DNA from: Candidatus Thalassarchaeaceae archaeon
GTDB taxonomy: Archaea; Thermoplasmatota; Poseidoniia; Poseidoniales; Thalassarchaeaceae
Assembly (NCBI GenBank): GCA_023700245.1
Contig: JAJPRE010000002.1
Coordinates: forward strand, 34,363-98,362
Length of the DNA stretch: 64,000 nucleotides
Direction: 5' to 3'
Below the pieces are notes generated by a model that saw only the letters and a program-made list of their open reading frames with translations, was not told the DNA's origin and ran no database searches. The translations under genes were made by a program, and so were the position numbers. Below, piece by piece: positions 1 through 9,566 of the stretch (position 1 is the stretch's first letter; the number at the start of each line of letters is the position of its first letter).

Positions 1-1075
1 AGTTTCAGATACTACTCCAGTAAGTACACTCGATACAATTGTGGAGAGAGGATCTATGAAGTGTGGTGTTAAAGAATCCCAATATGGAATGGGCTACTTA
101 GACGCTACTACCGGAGTTCGCTCTGGATTAGATATCGCTTACTGTAGAGCAGTTGCTGCTGCTATTGGCCTAAATCCAGATACTGGAGTGGAATATATCC
201 CAGCATCAGGATCAGATAGGTTCGATAAGTTATCTTCAGCAACTATTGATGTCTTAATCCGTACTACTACTTGGACTACAAGTAGAGATGCAGATTTAAA
301 TGCTGATTTCGCAGGTATGAACTTCTTTGATGGACAAGCTATTCTAGTTCGTGAAAGTGCATTCCCATCCGCCGATGCTAGTAATTCCGCTTTAGGATTA
401 AGCGGCGCTAACATCTGCGTAGGAGTAGGTACAACTACTGAAGGTAATATGCAAGACTATTTCTCTTCTAACATGATAGAGTTCACATCCGTTGGTACTG
501 CAGATGCAGCTGAAGCAACCGATAAATTAATTTCTGGTGAGTGCGATGCATTTACTGGAGACATGTCAGCAATGGTTGCTAAGAAATGGGCACTAGATAC
601 TGATGGATCTATTGAAGGCGGTACATGGATTGCTTCTGAACTTCTTTCAAAGGAACCTCTAGGGGCTGCTACTCGTGATGGCGATTCTGATTTCAAGGAC
701 GTTGTTGCATGGGTATGGTATGGAATGATTACAGCAGAAGAAATGGGCGTAACAGCAGCAAATGCTGCAGATATGGCAACTTCTTCTTGTGCTCTAAATG
801 CTGATGGCGCTACTACTAATCCTGGAATGTGCAGACTGTTAACTGCTAATCTTGGATTAGGTACTACTGCTAATCCATTAGCTGGAACTTGGATGCAAGC
901 TGTATTAGCTGCATCTGGAAACTATGGTGAAGCATATGATGACGCATTCTGCGATGGTACTTATGACGGAACTAGTGGATCAGCTGCTATGGTTGATTGT
1001 TTAATCTCCAGAGTAGGTACTGCAAACGCTCTCGTTTCAGAGGGTGGTCTACAGTATGCACCTCCAATGCGTTAA
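1..1075 (+). CDS. Amino-acid ABC transporter substrate-binding protein (AapJ/BztA-like), 5' partial
   Basis: The frame is open from nt 2 to the window edge. VSTLDTIVERGSMKCGV...GYLD...GLDIAYCRAVAAAIGL...TIDVLIRTTTWTTSRDADLNADFAGMNFFDGQAILV matches the general L-amino-acid binding protein family. It is followed by two permeases and an ATPase. Confidence 0.8.
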   Translation, partial: VSDTTPVSTLDTIVERGSMKCGVKESQYGMGYLDATTGVRSGLDIAYCRAVAAAIGLNPDTGVEYIPASGSDRFDKLSSATIDVLIRTTTWTTSRDADLNADFAGMNFFDGQAILVRESAFPSADASNSALGLSGANICVGVGTTTEGNMQDYFSSNMIEFTSVGTADAAEATDKLISGECDAFTGDMSAMVAKKWALDTDGSIEGGTWIASELLSKEPLGAATRDGDSDFKDVVAWVWYGMITAEEMGVTAANAADMATSSCALNADGATTNPGMCRLLTANLGLGTTANPLAGTWMQAVLAASGNYGEAYDDAFCDGTYDGTSGSAAMVDCLISRVGTANALVSEGGLQYAPPMR

Positions 1076-1110
1076 TTTAGATAACGAATCGCATTGACGG
1101 ATTTACACAA

Positions 1111-1150
1111 ACCTCTAGGGGGGAAAATCTCCTCTAGAGGTCTATTTTTT
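1111..1150 (+). terminator. Hairpin (acctctag/ctagaggt, 8 bp stem) followed by a T-run, 35 nt after the aapJ-like stop
   Basis: The inverted repeat at 1111-1118 and 1134-1141 followed by tatttttt is read directly from the sequence. An oligo-T terminator is the archaeal pattern. Confidence 0.45.
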
Positions 1151-1157
1151 ATATTAT
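1145..1157 (+). promoter_or_regulatory. TATA-like box (ttttttatattat) about 20-25 nt upstream of the permease start
   Basis: AT-rich TATA motif at the archaeal -26 spacing relative to the start codon at 1174, which implies a leaderless mRNA. Confidence 0.4.
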
Positions 1158-1173
1158 TTCTGGATGTATTTTA

Positions 1174-3495
1174 TTGGTAAATTATTTTTCAACATCGCCT
1201 GTTGTAGAAAAAGAAGATGAAAATACATCAGGCACTTCATCTTCTTTTTATAAAATCAAAGATAATTTTATTTTCATACTATCAATCATTTTCTTTTGGT
1301 TTTACTCTAATAAATTCCTCAATTCATCAGCTAAATATGCTACAGATATGTCTAGGGACTTATCATTTGGAGGAGTTCAACAAAATATCTCTTATTATCC
1401 AATAGAAACTCTAATATTATCAATCGGGGGATTCTTATTAATATCATATTTACTAATCCAAAATGAGATAGAAGACGCATTTTCTGAGCCTAATAAAATT
1501 TCATTAAATAATTCACTTTTCAATAATGCTTTTTTTGATAATCTTATTTATTATATCCAAATAATGCCATTATGGATTATTTTTGGTGGATTATCTGGGA
1601 TATCTCTTAATGCTAATTTAACGTCGTTATCAGTCCTTTCATTGATTATTACCTTTGCAAAAGGCTCCGTATTTGGCTTATTTATTGGATTATTCGTCAA
1701 CTTTGCAATAAGGGGTTGTAAATCCTCTTTTTTTGCTATCTCAATGTTTTTACTAACATATCTCCTAATCCCCTTTTTAGATTTATCATCAAGCACGCAA
1801 GTTCCATTTTTCTTTATTGGCGGTGCAGTATTGACATCATCTCTTCTGATGCAAAATAATGTATCAAAATTGTTTAGTCTAAGGCGGCACAATATACTCG
1901 ATAAATTAAAAAATGATATCCAATCATTGTCTTCTTTATTTTCAATTATTATATTCATAATATTGACATTTCAAATTCCACTATTTCCAATTATTTCCGA
2001 TATTTTAATACCTCTATTATCGTTCATATTATTAATTAATGTCGCATATTGGACGTTCACATTGTCAAAGGAGTCTTCACAACCTTCTGTACATGAGCAC
2101 AGGACGGCTTCATTGATATTTATGATCGGTCTACCATTTTTCTTATACTTACTTCTAAGATTTATGTATTTACTACATCACCCAGACACAGTCATGAGAA
2201 ATAGGTGGGAACTAGCATATGATTTCATGGTAGATGGAAATACATTCAGAGTAAATACTTGGCCATTCGAAGTTACTCCTGGTGCAGATTCAAGATGGCT
2301 TTTCTACAAGGCTGCCATAATAAATTCTGCTAGAGTAACATTAGTTAGTATTTTCTTCTGTACGATACTCGGCATAATTGTCGGAGTAACTAGGCTCTCC
2401 TCTAACAAGTTAGCCTCAAATCTCGCTACTATTTATGTTGAAATATTTAGAAATCTTCCTTTAGCCGTTCTTCTTTTCTTGGTTGCAACTCAGATGGGGC
2501 ACCAATTTCCCATGGGTATGAAAAATATTCAAGATATTGGAGGTGGAAGAATTTATTTTAATAATCAAGGAATTTGGTTTGCTACTATTGCTGATTATTC
2601 AAGGTTATTGATTGGAATAATTATTCTCGGATCAGTAAGAATTTTTCTAAGGCACACGTCTAGAGTTGAACCACGCTTACTTTCGGGTGGTGGCAAATAT
2701 AGTTTCTTATCCAGGCCTTTCTCTAAATTGGGTTGGAAATTTGAAACCTTAGTTGCAGATATCTTGATGTTTTCGGGATTATTACTCTTTATTATATTTT
2801 CATATTCATTTTTTACAACTGGAGGGGGAGGATTAATGTGTTTAATAGGCTCATTAATTCTACTAGGGTCATTCTACTTATATACAAATGTTGATGATTC
2901 AGGAATAAATGTATTATTCATAGATGATACTGATGAAGGAATACGTAAAAGATTAACTATTTGGTTAATTTCTATATCTATAGCAGCAGGAATCGCAATA
3001 TCGGGCGGATTCTCTCTTCCGGATCTTTATCAGCCATCAAGCTCCCCTGGGTCATGGAGAATTTTGGATAATACTGGATTTGAAATCACTCCGCCATTTC
3101 TTGCCATGGTCTTAGGCTTGACTCTATTCACGGCATCAGTAGTTGCCGAAATAGTCAGGGGCAGTATTCAATCTCTGCCAAGGGGGCAGGTTGAAGCCGC
3201 TATTTCATTAGGACTTAGTCCATTGCAAAGACTAAGATTAGTAATATTGCCCCAGGCCCTTAGGAGCATGATTCCCCTATTAAATAATCAATTTATGAAT
3301 GTATGGAAAAATTCTAGTCTAGCAATAATTGTTGCATATAATGATATATTTTATCAATTTCTCGTAATGTCAAATAATGTAGGTAAAGTAATTCCATTAT
3401 TCATCCTTCTTTTGATAACTTATCAATTTGGGAGCCTACTAATTTCTGCTATAATGAATTGGTTTAATGCTAGAGTAACGAGTGTGAAGATATGA
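1174..3495 (+). CDS. Amino-acid ABC transporter permease (AapQ/BztB-like) with about 340-aa extra N-terminal polytopic membrane domain
   Basis: The C-terminal 400 aa carry the conserved permease region (EAAISLGLSPLQRLRLVILPQALRSMIPLLNNQF, an EAA-like loop). The TTG start is the one given by the ORF track. A 773-aa open frame in 36% GC DNA is unlikely to be chance. The N-terminal 340 aa are strongly hydrophobic. Confidence 0.75.
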   Translation: MVNYFSTSPVVEKEDENTSGTSSSFYKIKDNFIFILSIIFFWFYSNKFLNSSAKYATDMSRDLSFGGVQQNISYYPIETLILSIGGFLLISYLLIQNEIEDAFSEPNKISLNNSLFNNAFFDNLIYYIQIMPLWIIFGGLSGISLNANLTSLSVLSLIITFAKGSVFGLFIGLFVNFAIRGCKSSFFAISMFLLTYLLIPFLDLSSSTQVPFFFIGGAVLTSSLLMQNNVSKLFSLRRHNILDKLKNDIQSLSSLFSIIIFIILTFQIPLFPIISDILIPLLSFILLINVAYWTFTLSKESSQPSVHEHRTASLIFMIGLPFFLYLLLRFMYLLHHPDTVMRNRWELAYDFMVDGNTFRVNTWPFEVTPGADSRWLFYKAAIINSARVTLVSIFFCTILGIIVGVTRLSSNKLASNLATIYVEIFRNLPLAVLLFLVATQMGHQFPMGMKNIQDIGGGRIYFNNQGIWFATIADYSRLLIGIIILGSVRIFLRHTSRVEPRLLSGGGKYSFLSRPFSKLGWKFETLVADILMFSGLLLFIIFSYSFFTTGGGGLMCLIGSLILLGSFYLYTNVDDSGINVLFIDDTDEGIRKRLTIWLISISIAAGIAISGGFSLPDLYQPSSSPGSWRILDNTGFEITPPFLAMVLGLTLFTASVVAEIVRGSIQSLPRGQVEAAISLGLSPLQRLRLVILPQALRSMIPLLNNQFMNVWKNSSLAIIVAYNDIFYQFLVMSNNVGKVIPLFILLLITYQFGSLLISAIMNWFNARVTSVKI

Positions 3496-5081
3496 GTTCT
3501 AACTATGATAAAGTTTTACGTAGAATTCTAGATCTGGAGGAATCCGTAGTCGGAAAGCCAATGAAGTCATATATTAGCCCCAGGCTTGGTACTTCTTTCT
3601 CTATTATTTCATTTACTTTTTCACTTATGGCCTCTATTTATTTATTTACTAATTACATATTTGTTGAAAGTACTGGCCAATGGGCACCAATTTATGAAAT
3701 TCTTCTTAATTCTTCATTCAGCGTAATTCTATATTCACTATTATCGTCAACAGCATTTTTCTTTTTATCATTCTTTATTATGTCCTCCATTCTAAAATTA
3801 ACATTTATTAGAAATACGGGAACTGCAGGATTGGGAATATTTAGCGCTTGGATAATTTTCTCTGTGATCAGTGGACTTGGACATTTCATATTGATAGAAG
3901 CTGATTGGGATGTTGTATGGCAAGGGCGGCTTTTATTACTATTCGGTCAACAAATGTTTGAAGCAGTTACTCAATCATATTACCCAAATCAAAGTTGGAG
4001 ATTATGGTCCGTATTATATCTCGTATATATCGTTATACCTGCTGCATATGGTACTACTAAAGACAATCCTCTCAAATTCATTATTTCATTTGGAATTTTT
4101 TCATTAATTACAATTTATGCCGCAATCGGCGGTTCTCATGTTTATCCAGATAATTATAATTATATGGGCCCACTTACAAAATTATTGGGTGCAACTGTAG
4201 TTGCATATTTTTCATATTACCAATCTTATAGATATTGTTTAAAATCAGAAGATTATAAGGCAAATAAATTGAGATCATATCTCGGAATAGGCTCAGTTTT
4301 TGTATTTTTTTATTCTATATTTATAATGAATCCCCCGGATTCGATACAATCTTTGTGTGCTAATGTCTTTGGCATATCTGCATCAGAATTACAAGTATCT
4401 CGCTGTGGAGGGGTAGAGGCGTCTCAATGGGGCGGTCTTTTCGTTAACTTACTTGTAGCGACAGCAGGCTGTGTATTGGGTTTCGGCGTCGGAGTAATTT
4501 TAGCATTTGCACGTCAGAGTAAATTACCTTTCTTCAAATATCCCGCAGTCACGCTAATCGAAACTGTCCGTTCAGGACCTCTTATTTGTTGGTTATACTT
4601 TGCTGTGTTTCTTCTCCCAGATATTATAGATCCATTTATGGAAGTAGAAGACATAATACGTTTACTAATGATTTTTGGACTGTTTGGTGGATGTTATATT
4701 GCAGAGGTTCTAAGGGGGGGGTTACAAGCTGTTGATAGTGGCCAAAAAGAAGCAGCACTTGCTCTTGGATTATCTCCAATGCAAACTAAATTACAGGTCG
4801 AATTACCTAATGCAGTACGTACGACACTTCCATCAATTGTCAGTGTTTTCATCGGATTATGGAAGGATACTACACTCCTATTCATAATTAATGTCCTGGA
4901 TTTCTTCAAACTTGCAAAGGACCTCCCAAATACTTCTCCAGGTTATCTGGATGATTTCCTTGAACCATTATATGTCACAGCCTTGATATTTTGGCTATTT
5001 GCTTTCTATCTATCAAGAATATCTATGAGGATAGAAAAAAGTCTAGGTTTGACTAATGAAGGAGGAGGAGAAGTTGCATGA
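3492..5081 (+). CDS. Amino-acid ABC transporter permease (AapM/BztC-like) with N-terminal membrane extension
   Basis: ATGA start/stop overlap with the upstream permease. The EAA-type motif is [34 protein letters not shown]. It is polytopic. Confidence 0.75.
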   Translation: MSSNYDKVLRRILDLEESVVGKPMKSYISPRLGTSFSIISFTFSLMASIYLFTNYIFVESTGQWAPIYEILLNSSFSVILYSLLSSTAFFFLSFFIMSSILKLTFIRNTGTAGLGIFSAWIIFSVISGLGHFILIEADWDVVWQGRLLLLFGQQMFEAVTQSYYPNQSWRLWSVLYLVYIVIPAAYGTTKDNPLKFIISFGIFSLITIYAAIGGSHVYPDNYNYMGPLTKLLGATVVAYFSYYQSYRYCLKSEDYKANKLRSYLGIGSVFVFFYSIFIMNPPDSIQSLCANVFGISASELQVSRCGGVEASQWGGLFVNLLVATAGCVLGFGVGVILAFARQSKLPFFKYPAVTLIETVRSGPLICWLYFAVFLLPDIIDPFMEVEDIIRLLMIFGLFGGCYIAEVLRGGLQAVDSGQKEAALALGLSPMQTKLQVELPNAVRTTLPSIVSVFIGLWKDTTLLFIINVLDFFKLAKDLPNTSPGYLDDFLEPLYVTALIFWLFAFYLSRISMRIEKSLGLTNEGGGEVA

Positions 5082-5830
5082 GTACAGATAGTGATGAAGT
5101 AATTATAGAAACAAAAGGCGTGAAAGTAAATTTTGGTGACTTTTGGGCACTAAAAGGAATTGATATGAAAGTTACACGGGGTGAAATAATTGTAGTGTTG
5201 GGCCCATCTGGCTCTGGTAAATCTACATTTATTAGGACCTTAAACAGGCTCCAGCCTCACAGCGCAGGAACTATTGAAGTAGATGGGATAGGAATAGATG
5301 ATGAAACTACAGTAGCCGACTTAAAATACATAAGATCTGAAGTTGGGTTTGTTTTCCAACAATTCAATCTTTTTCCTCACCTAACAATAATGGAAAACAT
5401 TACGCTAGCGCCCATGAAAGTAAAAGGCATGTCAAAACAAGATGCAGAAAAGAAAGCGTTATCGCTTTTGGAGCGTGTCGGAATACCTGAACAAGCTTAC
5501 AAATATCCTAGTGGATTATCTGGAGGCCAACAACAGCGTGTTGCTATTGCGAGGGCATTAGCAATGGATCCTAAAATTATGTTATTCGATGAGCCAACAT
5601 CTGCCCTTGATCCTGAAATGATAAAAGAAGTTCTGGATGTCATGATAGATTTGGCAAAAAGAGATATTACTATGATTGTAGTTACTCATGAGATGGGATT
5701 CGCCAAAGAAGTTGCTGATCGTGTCATATTGTTCGACGAAGGTCTACTAATTGAAGAAAATACACCAGATGTTTTCTTTGATAATCCGCAACACGATAGG
5801 ACAAAATTATTCCTCGAACAAATACTTTGA
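5078..5830 (+). CDS. Amino-acid ABC transporter ATP-binding protein (AapP/GlnQ-like)
   Basis: Walker A is GPSGSGKST, the signature is [15 protein letters not shown], Walker B is [12 protein letters not shown], and the H-loop is VTHEMGFA. It has a 4-nt overlap with the upstream permease. Confidence 0.92.
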   Translation: MSTDSDEVIIETKGVKVNFGDFWALKGIDMKVTRGEIIVVLGPSGSGKSTFIRTLNRLQPHSAGTIEVDGIGIDDETTVADLKYIRSEVGFVFQQFNLFPHLTIMENITLAPMKVKGMSKQDAEKKALSLLERVGIPEQAYKYPSGLSGGQQQRVAIARALAMDPKIMLFDEPTSALDPEMIKEVLDVMIDLAKRDITMIVVTHEMGFAKEVADRVILFDEGLLIEENTPDVFFDNPQHDRTKLFLEQIL

Positions 5831-5835
5831 GATAT

Positions 5836-6726
5836 TCATGATTCTATCCAATGTGCGACTCTGTCGTGTATGGTGCTCCTAAAAGTTAATAATTTTAATT
5901 TAGGTCCATCAAGACTTACTGTAATAATGGAGCCTCTAGCAAAATGAGTTTCTTCCCATCCGTCACTGACTACATATCCTCTATGCATGTCACTTGTCAA
6001 TACAGTTTTCTTGTCTGTCCATGACCAATAAGAACCATCATCCAAACGCTCACTTCTTGGAAGATCTCTTGAGACGAATAGATAACGTTCTCCAATCTCG
6101 TCAATTGGAAATCTCACACCTTCAATATTTGCAACATGCCTAAACCAAGCACCTTGGCCTAAGAATGTAGAAAATAAACATCCAGAAGATCTCTGGACTA
6201 TATCAATCCCATCATTAGTTCTATCTGCAACTCTTTCTATTCTATATTTCGATGGTTGATATTGATGCGTATTCGCTACTAATAAATCATTTAGCGCAGG
6301 ATCAGAAACTAGAATCTTGCCGCTAGGTGTTTCAATTTTAGCTTGTAGTCTTGGAAGTGAATTAATTATTCCCTTTCCTTTTATAACTTCAAGTATATCA
6401 TCTGCAAAGAATTTAGGCTCACTCCCCATATAAAATCCATAAGAGCCATCACTGCTGATTTCCCTGGGGTGGCTATTAACTCCCATGACTGGAGTATTCG
6501 AATCAATGGAATGAACTATCGATGTTAAAGTCCCATCTCCGCCCAATATTATGGCCAAGTCCCTATCTATGAAGTCAGATCTACGGACTGTTTCCCTCAC
6601 TGTATAGTCTACTCTTATGTCTCTTTTTGAAACTAAATTATCCAATACTGCCCTAATGTCTTCAAGGGCTATATCATGAACGTCTTCAAAGTTTTTTTTA
6701 TAGACTACTAAGATGTTAAATGGCAT
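5836..6726 (-). CDS. NAD kinase-like (ATP-NAD/diacylglycerol kinase catalytic fold)
   Basis: It has the GGDGT motif (DLAIILGGDGTLTS), PVMGVN and ALNDLLVANT. The C-terminal half is divergent from the canonical GSTAYSLSAGG. Confidence 0.5.
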   Translation of the reverse strand: MPFNILVVYKKNFEDVHDIALEDIRAVLDNLVSKRDIRVDYTVRETVRRSDFIDRDLAIILGGDGTLTSIVHSIDSNTPVMGVNSHPREISSDGSYGFYMGSEPKFFADDILEVIKGKGIINSLPRLQAKIETPSGKILVSDPALNDLLVANTHQYQPSKYRIERVADRTNDGIDIVQRSSGCLFSTFLGQGAWFRHVANIEGVRFPIDEIGERYLFVSRDLPRSERLDDGSYWSWTDKKTVLTSDMHRGYVVSDGWEETHFARGSIITVSLDGPKLKLLTFRSTIHDRVAHWIES

Positions 6727-6794
6727 CCCAATACACTCCTTATCTCACTCCAATCAGTAATCACATATAGCCACAACGTAAAAAATATAATCAT

Positions 6795-7910
6795 TTGAAT
6801 GCTAATTTATCACATACACTCATCAATAACTTCTCTTTAGGATACCGTATGACGGCAGCATATTTAATGGCGATAATTACTATTTTATCGTTTAGCACAG
6901 GCTGTTTAACTGTGCCTATTTCTGATGTATGCGAGGATGAAAATTGCTTTGACTTCTCAGTAGAATCATTTTCAAATTTATTATCTCAGGAAAATGCATT
7001 TGATATTATTTCATATTCACAGTTATATCCTCAACTCCGTGTAGAGGCGTATTTGGTATCCGAACAACAAAATCAAAGAGGTGAAATATATTGGAATGTG
7101 GCTAAAGATGAAGAATCAGGTTTGAGTTCTATTTCATCTAGATTAGTATTGGGTGAATCAATTATAATAGATAATGAGTATATTGAAGGTAATGAGACTA
7201 ATAATTACAGAGTCGGCAATGAATGGTATCAGGGTAGAGACCAAATAACTAGTCATTCTAATCCATTTATTAAATTGGCACAATCTGCTGCAGAGAACCC
7301 GGATGGATTTTGGCCTCCATTTTCATTTAATACTAATGATATATCTAACCTGGACTGGACTATATCCGTCGATCTCACATCAAACCAATTAGTGGCAACT
7401 GCAATTAATCAAACTCACTCCATATATGTAGAAACTCGCGGCATGCCTCCAGTTATAGTCGCAATTGAAACATACTCAGATAATGATAATTTTATTCTTA
7501 AAGTATCTACTGAAAATGTTTCTATATCTATAAATAATGGGTTAATTAGAGCGCCTGCACCATTTATTCTTAACCCTGACTCTATTATGAATGATGATAA
7601 TATTACTTATTGGTCTGGAATAATTTCAGATACACTTTCTATTGACATCAATCCAGATGAACTAGAAATACATGGTTTATCTACACAGGGAAGTAATGCA
7701 ACTTCAATAATTTCAATGAGATTTGACTTAAAGACTGCAAATTTAACTATGGATGATGGTACTTGGTGGGAATTTAATTGGGTCGACTATCTTGGAGAAA
7801 ACTTAGTATCAAATGGCGACTTATACACCGTAAGAACTAATTCTACTGGCAATTTAAGTATTGCAATCTATGATTTGTGGGCAGATTCTTGGACCGATAT
7901 GGTGTTTTAA
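6795..7910 (+). CDS. Hypothetical secreted protein, probable lipoprotein (lipobox-like LSFSTGC)
   Basis: Hydrophobic N-terminus AAYLMAIITILSFSTGCLTV with a Cys after the signal. It is N/S/T-rich with many N-x-S/T sequons. The true start may be the internal Met at about 6849. Confidence 0.5.
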   Translation: MNANLSHTLINNFSLGYRMTAAYLMAIITILSFSTGCLTVPISDVCEDENCFDFSVESFSNLLSQENAFDIISYSQLYPQLRVEAYLVSEQQNQRGEIYWNVAKDEESGLSSISSRLVLGESIIIDNEYIEGNETNNYRVGNEWYQGRDQITSHSNPFIKLAQSAAENPDGFWPPFSFNTNDISNLDWTISVDLTSNQLVATAINQTHSIYVETRGMPPVIVAIETYSDNDNFILKVSTENVSISINNGLIRAPAPFILNPDSIMNDDNITYWSGIISDTLSIDINPDELEIHGLSTQGSNATSIISMRFDLKTANLTMDDGTWWEFNWVDYLGENLVSNGDLYTVRTNSTGNLSIAIYDLWADSWTDMVF

Positions 7911-7956
7911 ATAATAACACAACTTTATCTATGACATTATCTCTAGAAGGGATTTA

Positions 7957-9444
7957 ATGTTGGGAATATTTAGTTCAAATCTAATACAAATTTTTTTGTC
8001 TATTATGATATTTACAGCTTTAATGTCCGGTTGTTTGTCTTCAAATGATACGGATGGAGATGGATTGTTTGACGATATTGATAATTGTATAGAGGAATCT
8101 AATCCAAGCCAGAAAGATTTTGATGGCGATGACCTAGGTGATGCATGCGATCAAGATGATGATTCAGATGGCGTTATAGACGAATTAGATATATTCCCTT
8201 TTAACTCAGATGAATCTAAAGATTCAGATAATGATGGATATGGCGATAATGAAGATGTATTTCCAAACGACGGGAGTGAATCACATGATTCTGATGGCGA
8301 TGGTTATGGAGATAATATTGATGCTTTTCCTAATTATGATTTAGAATGGTCAGATAATGATGGCGACAATATAGGAGATAACCTTGACGACGATGATGAT
8401 AATGATGGTATTCTAGATATTACTGATCAGTTCACCCTTACTCCGTTCACGACTCTAAACTCAGAAGGGCCATTCAATGTCGGCTCAATGGAACTGTCTT
8501 ACATGTCCCCAAGAGGTCACGAAATCACTATACAGATTTGGTATCCAACAAATGAAAATAAGGGAGATACTGTAGTTTATGATTCTACTTTCGGCGGCTC
8601 TGGATTTGAAGATGCTGTACCCGACTGCTCAGAATTAAGGCCAGTTGCAATGTACAGTCATGGATTTCCAAGCATTAGATGGGGGTCATCTTTCTTAATG
8701 TCCCATTTGGCAAGTCATGGATTTATTTCTGTTGCTCCAGATCATCAACATATGACCATATGGGACATAAATATAGATTACTTCCACCAAGCCATTCTTT
8801 CAATGCCTTCGGATATTAAAGATTCATTTGACTGGTTAACAAGGCAAAATGGTATTTCCGGTGTGTTTGAAAATTGTATATCTCCTGATGAAGGATATGC
8901 AATGATAGGTCAATCGACGGGAGGATACAACTCAATGTTATTGACTGGTGCTGAAATAATAACTTCAGATCTTGAAGGTAGATGTAATCAAGAGGAATTA
9001 ATAATTTGTAAAATCAAAGATAATTTGGAAAATAATCATTCTAATAAAGGAGTAAGTGAATTCAAAGATGAAAGAATATGGGGGTCTTTATTATTATCTC
9101 CATGGAATGGTTCGATACTTGATCAAGGAATTTCAAAAGTTGGAGTGCCTACTATGATTTTATCAGGTAATTTGGATGAAACTACTACAATAACTGAAGT
9201 AAATAATACTGCTGCTTCACTTGGTAAAAGCTTAATCTATTACGCAATATTAAATAATTCTGGACATTATGCATTTGCACCAATAGGTTGTGAGGCATAT
9301 GGTTGTGAAGGTTTACTGGATATTGAAATTTCTACAAAATTTGCCAACCAATCAGCTATAATTTTTCTTGCTGGATTATTGAATTGGCCAAATTCAGATG
9401 AATATTATCTACCTATGGGGGAATTCGCTGAATGGCAAATATGA
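7957..9444 (+). CDS. TSP3-repeat (Ca-binding DxDxDG) alpha/beta-hydrolase, probable lipoprotein esterase/lipase
   Basis: The signal ends in LMSGC (lipobox-like). There are at least 7 D-x-D-x-D-G-x-x-D repeats (DTDGDGLFDD, DFDGDDLGDACD, DSDNDGYGDNED, DSDGDGYGDNID, DNDGDNIGDNLD and others). The C-terminal domain has the nucleophile elbow IGQSTGGY and the overall length of a PAF-acetylhydrolase/chlorophyllase/dienelactone-hydrolase-like fold. Confidence 0.6.
   Translation: MLGIFSSNLIQIFLSIMIFTALMSGCLSSNDTDGDGLFDDIDNCIEESNPSQKDFDGDDLGDACDQDDDSDGVIDELDIFPFNSDESKDSDNDGYGDNEDVFPNDGSESHDSDGDGYGDNIDAFPNYDLEWSDNDGDNIGDNLDDDDDNDGILDITDQFTLTPFTTLNSEGPFNVGSMELSYMSPRGHEITIQIWYPTNENKGDTVVYDSTFGGSGFEDAVPDCSELRPVAMYSHGFPSIRWGSSFLMSHLASHGFISVAPDHQHMTIWDINIDYFHQAILSMPSDIKDSFDWLTRQNGISGVFENCISPDEGYAMIGQSTGGYNSMLLTGAEIITSDLEGRCNQEELIICKIKDNLENNHSNKGVSEFKDERIWGSLLLSPWNGSILDQGISKVGVPTMILSGNLDETTTITEVNNTAASLGKSLIYYAILNNSGHYAFAPIGCEAYGCEGLLDIEISTKFANQSAIIFLAGLLNWPNSDEYYLPMGEFAEWQI
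8040..8430 (+). repeat. Coding tandem array of thrombospondin-type-3-like Ca-binding repeats (GAT/GAC-rich)
   Basis: Periodic gatggNgatgg codons encoding DxDxDG, read directly from the sequence. Confidence 0.6.
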
Positions 9445-9533
9445 GTGTATTCATAAATAAAAACTATCTTAAATCAATTATATTAATGCGGTCCAATGTT
9501 CCATATTTATCTCTTTAAGGCATTAATTTATGA

Positions 9534-9546
9534 TTATATTAAAAAA
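9534..9546 (+). promoter_or_regulatory. TATA-like box (ttatattaaaaaa) about 25 nt upstream of the ABC exporter ATG
   Basis: Spacing to the ATG at 9567 fits an archaeal leaderless promoter. Confidence 0.4.
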
Positions 9547-9566
9547 CATTGTAATTAGCAACGCCT

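Noticed and set aside
1551-1958. 135-aa minus ORF inside the permease gene
   Set aside because: Antisense to a conserved transporter frame, with no motif.
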